Assembly (NCBI GenBank): GCA_000934665.2
Contig: JYFJ02002760.1
Coordinates: 1-51,494, forward strand
Source: Catajapyx aquilonaris
Taxonomy: Eukaryota
Direction of reading: 5' to 3'
DNA: 51,494 nt
Each line of letters begins with the position of its first letter. The stretch's first letter is position 1. Under the pieces are notes generated by a model. It was given only the letters and a program-made list of their open reading frames with translations, did not search any database and was not told the origin of the DNA. Positions 1-11,300 of this stretch are shown here, one piece after another. A program made the position numbers and the translations under genes.

Positions 1-277
1 GGGCGATTCAGGGACTTGGGCATTCAGTGGTTGCCGCGGCAACCCAAGACAGGTGATGTTTACAGCCAATTGCTCATTATTATAAGAGTGTTCCAAAGTT
101 CTTTTCGCCTCCTGTGGCCAAGGATGACCTCGGAGGTCAATTCCAATGTGCTTATGACATTCCCGGTAAAAAACTACCCCTAATCAATCCCCTCGGGAGT
201 ATGTCGAGGCCTCCGTACGGATTTGCATAGCGAACAGACAGACAGATATACGTCGAGAAATATGTATTAGATTAGAT
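1..277 (+). mobile_element. Possible 3' part of a non-autonomous Helitron/DINE-like element in an FKBP15 intron
   Basis: Short hairpin GACCTCGGAGGTC (~126-138), ACAG-type microsatellite (~234-246) and an end reading TATTAGATTAGAT. This layout resembles invertebrate non-autonomous rolling-circle elements; the family assignment is inference only. Confidence 0.35.
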
Positions 278-319
278 AAATCTGGACTTGAACACTTTTT
301 AATATTATTTTAATCCCAG

Positions 320-2594
320 GTGGATCAAATTCATATGTTGCAACAACAACATCAGCAACTCCAGCAGTTACAACAAGCGGGATCTATGTTATATGGTGTG
401 CAAGCCACTTCTGCACTAGATCACCATCGCATGGGGCAAATTACTCCACAGATTCAATCATTAGTTCTGGAAAATTCAAGGTTAAAGCAGATACTTGAGG
501 AGAAAAGTGAGGATGCACTGAGTGAGAAGTCAAGAGAAGTTACTTCTGCTGAAGTGGAACGCCTAGAAAAACTTTTGGACCAGATGAAATGTGATCTAAA
601 AGGTTGGTTTGTCATGCATTTTTGTGAGAGATATATGTTTAAGCCACTTTTTTTTAGATGAGAAATCAAAAACTGGTCTTTTGGAATCGCAACTGGAAAA
701 AGCAAAAGAAGTGCAAAATGTAAAGCAGAATGAAATATCAGCCCTGCAAAAGGCAGTGGCTGATGTGGACAATAGCGCAAAACTGGAAAAATCTCTAGAG
801 GAGAAGCAGCAGCAATTGGAGGAGGAGAAGAGGGAGTTGTGTCAGGAGATTGAAGAACTGAAGGCTCAATGCCAGGTATTTTGGCAGTGTCAAACTTGAG
901 GTGCATTTGTCAAGTCTTGCTCATTTGTAGAGCTCACTTATGGAGCTAAGGAACAAACTTGAGGCGGAAAAGAAAGCATATGAATCTAATATGAGGATAG
1001 ATACTGAGAAGGAAATGGAAGAAAAGTTACAAAATATGGATAGCCAATGGGGGAAGCAACTTGAGGCAGCCACCGCTGAGAAGGAAGAATTAGAAGCCCA
1101 ACTGACTCAGCTTCAAAAGAGGGTAAGTTAATGAATTATGCATTGTATGTGTTTATATAAACTGCTATATTACCTTGCCAGGTACATGAAATGGAAACAA
1201 ATGATAGTGAAAGTGAGTGGAAGAACAAGTTTTTGAAATTGCAGGAAGAGCAAAAGAGTGCAGAAGAACTTGAGGTTTGTTTCATAAGTGATGATCCACC
1301 CTGATTTTACAAGTATTGTTTTCCCAACAGAAGCAACTGTCAGAAGTGAAAGCGGAGTTGATAACTGCTCAAAACACATCAAAAGAGGAAGTGTCGGCTG
1401 ATGAAATTGCAGCAGAGAGAGTGAAAGTTGTAATGAACCAACTCTACAGGAACCTTCAGGCTGAATTTGAACCAAATAAATCATATGAAGGCTCTCATAT
1501 TAGGAAGATCCTGGCAGCTACAATCAGAGTTAGTTATTCATCTGGGTGGTATTGCTGTGTATATCTTATGGTCACTTTTTTTTAGTCTGTCACTTTGAAC
1601 CTGCTAGAACAGCCAATGTCAAAAAACAAGAAGGTGCCTGAAGGTTCACCAGAAACCTCAAGTCCAAAGTCAAGAGAGAAGCAGGCTGAACCATTGACTG
1701 AGACCTCTAACAGTAGTAGTAGAAAGGTCAGCTCCAGTTCCAGTGATAGTGATGCCAAAAAGGAGGAAGACAAAGCACAAGAAAAATGTCCAACACCTTC
1801 AAAAAAAGATGCTAGCATTCCATCATCCCGTGATTCCTCTTCTGAGAGGGTAAGAACATTCTGACTACTACTTACTTCTGAGTCTCAAGCTCCTAACAAA
1901 CTACCAAAATAGTAAATTTTTCAAAAGATCCATTCCAGGGTTAGTGTTACCATGTAAGATGCAGCTAAAACCACGTAATGTACAGGCATAGCCCACCTTA
2001 TACTGCGTTACTGATGCACCAGATGTGCATTTTCTAAAATCTGGTCATTTCCGATTTTACCGACATACAGCTTTATATGTGGCAATGTGATTAGCCAATA
2101 TTAGGTGAAATATTGGGGGGAGAAGTTCTCTGCCTCCCTCCCTTCCCCGACCCAAAAATCAGGGTCTGTTTTGCCATGACCTCCAGTATTTTAGGGCGGA
2201 GTTTGTAGATAATTAAGTTGAAACCCAATCTTGTCAAGGCTATTGCCTGAATTATGAAAATCTGGATTTGAATACAATTATTTCATCAAGTTTTAAATGA
2301 TCATAAAAGGCGGTTTGATTGCAGTAATTTTAATACGTGCTTCTACAAAAATGGTAGCTAATTACAAACTTTTAAAGTTGCTTCATGTTCACTAAAACTG
2401 ATATTTTATGAAATTCAAATGACTTTGAAACCTTCACATAAAATTTTCTGATGTTAGGCAAACTCAAACCTAGAATGGGTCCTTTTGAATGGTCCAATAT
2501 GTATTTCATTTCTGTTTTGCAGGGATGGAAACCTCAACCACCACCACCTCCTTTATTTGATGATGAGGACGATGATGATGATTGGCCTAAGTAG
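320..2594 (+). CDS. FKBP15: FK506-binding protein 15 (FKBP15/WAFL)-like, 3' exons; the 5' part lies outside the window
   Basis: In-frame exons 320-602, 658-875, 931-1122, 1182-1274, 1331-1528, 1586-1849 and 2523-2594 (TAG), all GT-AG. A long coiled coil is followed by VKVVMNQLYRNLQAEFEPNKSYEGSHIRKILAATIR and the C-terminus PPPPPLFDDEDDDDDWPK. Both resemble the vertebrate FKBP15 post-coiled-coil block and its PPP-LF-acidic-W tail. Confidence 0.8.
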
Positions 2595-3538
2595 TATGGT
2601 ATGAGCGGAAGGTACGGTGTAATTTTTTGAAGTAAACTGTGCAAGGATGCTACCAAGTAAGGTGGGAATCAGTAGGACACATGTTGCTTCACATAATAAT
2701 ATTTTGGTACAGATGAGGCAAAATAATGTGAATTAAGAAAGTGAAAGCTAGAACTATGAGTATGATTAACTGAGATGTAGGGATGAAATTATTTACAATT
2801 TGGACATTTGTATAATTTATGAAATCATGTGCAGTTCAGAATGCCATGTAAAATGCTTTGAACTTGTGGGAATTTATCATGAGATTTTATGATGATGGCT
2901 TGGTGCGCTTAGTTTTCCGATTACGGCATATTGTTCCCTACAAGTTATATTACTGGGTAATTCCATGGTAACAGAGACATGATCCAAAAATGAAGTCGCT
3001 TATTGTAGAGTGAGATCAAGAGTTCTGCTATAATTATATATATTATAGCAGGACTCTTTGGGTGAGATGGCTTTTTGAAAGATCATCATGTCTTTATGTC
3101 ACATGAAGTAGGCATAGTAACGTTCCGCTACCAGGTAATAGCAGAACCATGGAATAGTCAAGATATAATAGTCGTAACTGACGCAACTTTGGACTGTTTG
3201 TTGCGTCAGTTACATTAATCCTAATTTCTCCTGAAAACATGAACATGAACAGGTGTGGTCTAAAATAATCACAAAATTGCTCCTCCAGTGTAGATCACAT
3301 ATCAGTTGTAACATTACTTCTAAACACATTCAGCACACTTGGTTTCACTTCACTACAGCACCCTCCAATGAGCTTGTCTTTTTCCTGTTGTGTCAGTTAC
3401 ATTACATTAATATTTTACAAAGTTCATTCAAGTTACTGTTGCAAAATAATAAAAATATGGCAATAAGTTACCAGGAGGCAGCCACATGGGAATAATTTTA
3501 AATTTCTTTTCTGTTAACATTTGCCATCGCAATAAATA

Positions 3539-4287
3539 CAGGGTGAAGGGAAACTCGCAGACAATCACCAGGCAGACCGATAGTACTTGTAAAACTAGTA
3601 TAGGGATGTGCAATTAGTTTTAGGCTCCGTTGCGTAGTTAATGCGTACAGCAACGTCAAAGTTTCATGACATCAAATCCATTCCGCCACCTTCTAGGAAG
3701 CAAAAGTCAGTTTGAGGGCATCCGGTCCCTTGCCTTGGTCCCCTAACACATCGTCCATGTGCAATAGGCGATCAAATCTCGTCAGAGTAAGAATCCGGAT
3801 ACGATACCCATACACTTTGTTGTTTTTGCCTCATATTCCACCGTCCGGACCTTTATAATAATAATTCATAATTCATACCCCGTTATCAGCCATCAGCTCT
3901 TTAGGGGGGAAGTTTGTTTTGCCTGGAACTCTTTGCTTTTCATTTTACTGTGCTCTTTGGGATAGGATAGGGACGGAAGGAAGCAGCTGTGGCCTATTAA
4001 TTATGGAAGCAACTCCGGAATTTTCCTGGAAGGATCGCGGGAAACCACAGAAAACCATGGTCAGAGTCGCCAGCCCCGGGATTTGATCCCAGGACCTCCC
4101 GATTAGCAGTCGGGCACCATATCCCCTCCTCCAAACTGCTTCGGTTACCATCCGGCCCTTTACACTTAAAGGGCATCGTACCCATTAACTACGCAATGGA
4201 GCCAAAAACTCATTGCACATCCCTATATTAGTTTTGCGAGTACTATAAGTCTACCTGGCGAATGTCTGCGAGTTTCTCTTCACCCTG
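3539..4287. mobile_element. Tc1/mariner-type MITE (non-autonomous DNA transposon) carrying a nested SINE
   Basis: TA flanks at 3537-3538 and 4288-4289. Imperfect inverted termini of ~110 bp: CAGGGTGAAGGGAAACTCGCAGACA... / ...TGTCTGCGAGTTTCTCTTCACCCTG. No transposase ORF. Confidence 0.85.
3856..4147 (-). mobile_element. tRNA-derived SINE (family C)
   Basis: The minus strand has a tRNA-like head (anticodon-arm-like CCCGACTGCTAATCGGG, B-box-like GGATCAAATCCC), a body GGTTTTCTGTGGTTTCCC...CAGGAAAATTCCGG...AGGCCAC...CTTCCTTCC and an ATT-rich tail. TSD ~15 bp with 2 mismatches: CCGTCCGGACCTTTA (3841-3855) / CCATCCGGCCCTTTA (4148-4162). Confidence 0.8.
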
Positions 4288-5358
4288 TATAAGTAGGCCT
4301 ACAGCATGAATCCTGTCCAGGTGTTGCGTCAGTTACGGTGGAATTTCCCTACATGAAACTGATGCATGCGTAATCATGGTTGTTCATTGTTATACCCCAT
4401 TTTAAGGGACATCACACTGTTTTTGCACAATAATTCAGACCAATATCCAATTCTAAAAAAATTGGATGTAATCTACCATTGCTATCCATTCACTTTCATG
4501 TGGCTGGGGAAATTTATAAGAAAAGTGGCAATTATCAATATTTTGAACTTGTGTTCACTTCTATTGATTATTATGGTACAGTACTTCTACATTTTTCTAA
4601 TTAACACAATTGTCGTATTGGTCATTTGGGTTGGCCAGGTCTACCTGGTCATCACTGCCTCTTCATGGGACAATGCCATGAAATGATTATAATTAATTAA
4701 TGAAAATCCATTATCATACACCTTTGTACACCAAAATGTTAGTACTTGAAGCAAAATAGGCATCTTGCGGATTCCCTACTTGGTACAGTCTTTTCTCTGA
4801 AGGTTTAGAGACTAGCCAAAGATAAGAGGTGATATCTTTTGGATCATTCCATGTACACAATGATCTTCTGTGAAGGTAATTTTTCCTTATAAGATATGAT
4901 TTATTTTGCAATATTCCAGTGTTAGTTCAATAATACATTGTGATTTGTTCTTGCATACAGGGAAGTTAGTTATGGGCTGTAAAAAAAAGTGTGAATGAAA
5001 TTGTAACGAAACAAGTTATAAAAATTCTTACATTACTCATCACTAATATGCAGTGAAAATATCAAACAATGGTTTGTACAAAATGCTCTGATATCTATTC
5101 TAAACATTATGTTCATTGAGTTGGTGGCAGTGCAAAATCAGTTGTTTTCAAAAGAAAATATCCCTAACTACACTACAAGTAATAACCACTGGAAAAAAAA
5201 AAAACTGCAAGGCTGTAAGTAAACTTGTGCCTCACTTTCAAAACCGGTACTCAAATGTACTGCATTATAATAAAAAAGCATTGAATCGACACTGTGATCC
5301 TCGTTGTAACCTCAACATGTTAACAATATGTAAAGAAAACAGACTAGCAATCAAAAAA

Positions 5359-8300
5359 TCATCGAAAGCACACTGGGCCTACTTCAAAGCCAAATGCCTG
5401 GTGTGGAAGGCCGTAATCTACAGGGTAAAAGTCTATGACTGGAAGCTGTTCCAACCTCCTGGTTTTGATTTCAAATATGGTCTCTCCTTTGGTCTTGCGA
5501 CTCTGTAATTTAAAAAATAAAATACAATAAAAAAAAAACGTGTGAGTTGTCCTGCGCAGGTAGGAAAGATATAAATGTATAGTACCTTGCATCCGTCATG
5601 AAGAACTGTAGGCCTGAAAGTCTTGGTGCTAAATTCCTGCTCATTGTCTCCAAGTAACTTGATGGCATAGTCATAGTTATATGACCGCAGGTTGTACCAG
5701 GAGGCTGAATTTATGCAAGTATAAGTGAAGTTCTGGTATGCCTCCTCAGTCAGTAGCCTGAGGAATGTCATCTGGACTATACCAATGGTTTCATAGGTGA
5801 TCTGTAGAACAAGACTTTGAGTACACTCTGTGGTTTATACAAAGTGACAGAACCCTAGCCTCACCCTGAATCCTCCTCTCAGATTGCTGTACCAGTCATT
5901 CTTTCCTCCCTCCTTCCTCCAAGGAATGTTGGGCATCTTACTGGAATGAATGTCTGGAAACACACATGTTTCTCCAGATCCAGTCATGTTGCAGAACACA
6001 TACACAGCATCATCAGGCATTCCCAGGTTTGGATCTATCCAGTACCAACCTTATATAAAAGAGGGACAAAATGTGCACATGGAGAGAGACATTGAGCAAC
6101 TTTCAATGTCACGCATGATTTAAGAGCCTGGTATAAGTATACAAGAAAATTCCCGGTTATGAACATGAAGTCAGCTAATTAATGCTGGCTTGTTATGCTG
6201 AGGGGGTTATTTAGGTTATTTAGGCAAAGAAATGCTTGGGGAGAAGTGTTTGCTATGGAGAAATACAAGACAAATGTGATTCACATGTAATGTGAGGGAT
6301 ATCCTAATGGAAAACAATGGAAACACCTTAGTTATTATGCTAAAATGGAGACAAATATGTGAGAGTATAAAGTGCATCAGCAGACCCACGTATTCCCATT
6401 GTAAGAGGCAGGAAAATATTGCTATGCATTCATTACATGCTCTAAAAATGCTGACCATCTTTGAACTGTGGATGCCCGTAGAAGAGATCTTTGCATGTCC
6501 TGACTGGGTTGTCTCTTGTTCCCAGTGGCTTTTTAATCCTCTCTAGGTCCTGTCGCATGGTGTATATGGAACTGTACATGTCGAGAAGTTTGGTATTAAA
6601 GTCTTCCTTTTCTTCCTTTCCATCTTCCGAGTCTTCAAATACTTCTTGGGGCTCACTTCTTGGTGCAGGAGCAAGAGGCAGTGTTGATGCATCAGGAACT
6701 CTGTGAATGATTGATTGATTGATTGAGTAATGGTTTATTGGCGCAACAGCAGCACTGGCTATACTGCGCCAAGCACCTCTCTGTGAATGACACCATTTAT
6801 TTAATAGATGTGTGTCACATTATGAGGCTCACTTTAATTTTACTATGAATTATTAAGAAATTAGGAGAATGTTTGGAGGGGCATTTTAAGATATTGCAAT
6901 GGCTTTTACTTGCTAAAAATGTTGGCTGCAACAAGTGCAGAATAATTATGCAAGCTTTCCCACAACTTCACATCTTACGTGACAAAGTAGGGCAGCTTTT
7001 GGATGAATGTGGAAGAGGAGGGAGTCTTTAATATTCATCCAGAGCATTTGGACTTGTGGTTTTCCAGATGGACATACATAACAGATCTCTTCTTGGCCAC
7101 ATGTGTGCTATCCCGCTGGAACAGCAGTTCTGGTGGAAGAAGAGGTAGCTCTCCTGGTGCTCCTGGAGGACCTGGAGGACCAGCTCGTCCTTGCTCTCCT
7201 TTAGGACCAGTAGGACCCTCGGTGCCTTTGGGACCTGGAGGACCTTCCAAACCTGGAAGACCTGGTGGACCATCAGCACCTTTCATTCCGAGTGGCCCAA
7301 TCACACCCTGGAATAAATGACGATGAGATAGACTGTAGGTGCCATTACGTTTTCAAACCAAGTGTTAACATGGACAGTTATATCAGTATTATTTTGACGG
7401 CTTTTAAAATTTCCACTTACGCATGAAACCTGTCTTGAGCAAACCCTGTGCATAGTGGGAACATGCGTAATGTGGAAAAATGTGCAGTCCCTAGCACTTA
7501 CAGATGTAGAATTTTCAATGTGTCTTTTTTGAACAAAGCAGAACATGTCTGATGCAGAACAGACAGCCATTTTAAATGCCTCAGAAAAGAAAACTGTGTG
7601 CGTAGCAGAATTAATACTGTATTGCATAGAAGTTCCCCTTGCAGGGAGCCAAGTGGGGATTGAGGCGAAAAATGTGTGGGAGAGGAGTGGATGTGTGAAA
7701 AATCACCCTGAAAAAGGTGGTGATGGGTTCTGCAACTTAAAGCATTTTAAAAACATATGCACTTGGGGCACCAATTCTCAGAGTTATTGCACTTAATTTT
7801 TTAAAATTGCAAAGTTGCCTCCACATTCCATACTGAATGGTCACATTTTTATTTATTTATTCTAGTAGCTGCAACACTTTCCACGCACCTAATATTTGTT
7901 GCTGACTTAAATTTATTCATAGAAGTGATATTGTCTAATGCAAATTATTTCTTTTAATGATGATGAGTCTTACAATCTCTCCCTTTGGTCCAGTAGGTCC
8001 TGGTGGTCCAGTCATTCCCTTTTCTCCTTTTTCTCCCATTTCTCCCTTGGTTCCTGCTGGACCCATGTCTCCAGTGTGTCCTTTCACTCCTCGTCTACCT
8101 CTGTCCCCCTTCTGGCCTAAAGGACCTGGCTCACCTGTCTTTCCTGCTTGGCCAGGTTGACCTGCTTGGCCAGGAGGACCCACATCCCCCTGTCAATTGA
8201 ACACATTACAGAGAAAACTTAGGACAAAGTTCCAGAAACTATAATGAACATGCATGTTTTTTATGGAATTGGGTGAGAGTACAATTACAATAATGGCAGG

Positions 8301-11300
8301 TTAAAACTAAAATTAAGGTGACATGTCATAACAATACCTACATTGCTGCCACAATCACAAGTAGCTAGGTATGAAAATATATATTTGAGCCAACTCTATT
8401 CTTGATATACAGGTAAAAACAACTGTTTTGTGTATGTCCAATGCCGGCCTTTTTCCACTCTGAATAGCAGGCTTCATTTGTCTTGCTGAACGCAAGGAAA
8501 TTTGCAGCTGACTGGAACTGACACATTTTTAGACATTTTCTTTTCCCTGCAATGGTACAAATCTGCAATGTTTTGGTCTGGCCAAAAATTATGCAACGCT
8601 TTATATTCAGGGCATTCATAAAGAACACATTTTTCTTCGGATTCTGCAGCTACGATAACATAATTTAGAATTGAATGGTACTGTGTATATCCTGAAAGTC
8701 TGACTTACAGCAGGACCAGGCGATCCTCTCAGCCCAGGTCCACCCCCTGGTCCTGGATTACCCTGAGCACCAGGTGGTCCTTGTTGTCCTGGAGGACCAG
8801 ATGGGCCTTTGTCTCCCTTCTCACCTGGCTGTCCTGTACTACCCTGCAAACCTGCTGGTCCTTCTGGTCCCTGCAAGTAAACGCCCAATGTACTGAAATG
8901 TATGATCCAAATGACCAGTAGAATGTATTGCTGTACACACATGCTTTCCAGGGGATCCAGCTAGCCCCATCTTTCCTGGTGGTCCAGCATCTCCAGGAGG
9001 ACCAGGTTGCCCTGGTGCTCCATCTGCCCCATCCTTCCCAGTTTCACCTTTCATTCCCACAAGTCCAGGTTCACCTGGATTGCCTGGAAAACCTGGAGGA
9101 CCAGCATTTCCTTTGGGACCCTCGGGTCCTATGAGTCCTCGGGGACCAGGAGGGCCTTGGACTCCAGGCTTCCCTTCTTCTCCCTTTGGCCCTGGTGCTC
9201 CACGCTCGCCCTGCAGAGGTCCAGTTTGAGCTTTTTAATTATGATTGCCTTGTTACATGTGGACTGAATATAAATGACAAGAGCAGCATGTATTTCACTA
9301 TCACCCATTTCCTCTTGTTTATACACATGCATTTGTGTATACTGGGTGATTCAGAATTAAGTTTGTAAGTAATTGTACATGAATGTGCGTACATGTGCTC
9401 CGTCCTTCCCGGGAGGACCAGGAAGACCAGTGTTCCCTGGTTCACCCTTGGCCCCCTGCAGTCCTTCTGGCCCTGGAGGACCAGGAACCCCTTCCCCTCC
9501 TTTGCTTCCAGGAGCTCCTGGTTCTCCAGGTATTCCAGCAGGGCCAGGAGGCCCCTTTGATCCTGCATCTCCCATCTCTCCTTTTATGCCTGTTGGTCCT
9601 GGCAAGCCCTGCGGCCCTGGTGGACCAGGAGGACCAGCCACACCTTGAGGTCCCAACTCTCCCTTTGTTCCTGTTTGTCCCATCACGCCTTGTGGGCCTT
9701 TCTCGCCTGGAGGCCCAGTCGTGCCTGGTTCACCTCGCACACCTTGTGGTCCAGGTGGTCCAGGTGGTCCCTACAGTGACAGTAAGCTTAAAAATAATAG
9801 GTGCTTTGCAAGTTAATAATTAACTTACAAAGTCTCCTTTAGAGCCTTTAAATCCCTTTTCTCCTGGGGGTCCTGCTTCACCTTTGTCACCATCCTCTCC
9901 TGGTGGGCCCATTGGTCCTGGTGGACCTGGTAGTCCTCTAGGACCAGGAAGCCCATCACTTCCACCGGGACCACTAGGTCCAGGGTCACCCTAGAAAATG
10001 ACAGGCCATATAGGCTTAAGTTGTTTACATCAGTACTGTATTCATATGTTCATTTACCCTGTCGCCCTTGGATCCTCCTGGACCAGGTGGACCAGGTACT
10101 CCTGGCCTTCCTTCTGGACCAGGAGGTCCCTCCTTTCCAGCATCACCTTGCTGCCCTTTATCTCCTGGAGGTCCAGGGGGACCAAATGGTCCTGCTTCAC
10201 CTTTCAAACCTGCAGTCCCCTGGAACATGACAATTTTTAGTGTTTGGTTTGGCTTCAAATGAGATTGTAGCACTGGCGTCGCTAGTGTTGTTGTCACCCG
10301 GTGCGGCAACTCGTGGTCCCCCCCCCCCCGCTTTGGCGCCTCTTTGGAAACAAGCGCCTCTTGGCCCGTCCTTGCAATTTACTACTTACTCCCAGATAAA
10401 ATGCGCAAGAAATTTTTACAATCTATTGGGTATCACCCCCTTTGAGGGTGTCCCTGTGTCACTCGTGTCACCCGGTGTGGCGGTGCTATTAGCGTATTAG
10501 GTGATATCAAATTAGGAAATAATTTTTTAACAATGCACTTGGGTGTCACCCCCTTTGAGGGTGTCACCCAGTGCGGTCCGCACCCCCCGCACCTGCCTAG
10601 CGACGCCACTGGATTGTAGGTCACAGGCAACTGAAGAATCTCATCTGCGAATAGGCCCACTAAACTTACTGGTAGCCCTGGTAACCCCCTCTCTCCAGGG
10701 AATCCCTGAAGCCCAGGAGGACCATGTGTTCCAGGCTTTCCTTGTGGCCCAGCTGGGCCTGTGGCACCCTCTTTTCCTTGTTCTCCAGGACGCCCTGGTT
10801 CTCCAGGAAGTCCAGGAAGTCCAGGCTCTCCAGGTTCTCCAACTGGGCCTGCCTCTCCAGAGGGACCAGGTGGACCAACCACCCCAGGAGCTCCTGGGGG
10901 ACCATGTCCACCTGCTTCACCCTAAATTTTTAAAGGTTACTATTCAACAAATTCTGATCAAGAATTATGTGCAGTAAGAAACATTGACAGAATACATACT
11001 GCTGGGCCTCTTTCTCCAGGTAGTCCAGGGACCCCATCCTTCCCCGCATTTCCAGGTGAACCTTGAGGACCAGCAAATCCTCGCGGCCCTTCTGGACCTT
11101 GAGGTCCCCTTTCACCTTGGGGTCCAGGTGGCCCAGGTTGTCCAGTGTCACCCTAACAAATTTAGCAATAGTGATAATTGTCACCATTTGAGGTACTACC
11201 ACTTACCTTTGGTCCAGATGTCCCTTGCCTGCCTCGGCGTCCTCTGGCACCTCTGAAACCCTGAAACATGTTTTCCCTTTAAAGTACCTTTCTGCCTGGG

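Noticed and set aside
1921..2488. Possible degenerate TIR element filling the last FKBP15 intron
   Set aside because: Only ~20 bp of gapped inverted similarity and no clear TSD, which is too weak to call.
4060..4147. tRNA-like sequences here and at 31455-31528 and 47480-47555 as tRNA genes
   Set aside because: The cloverleaves are imperfect, and each continues into a SINE body with a tail and TSD.
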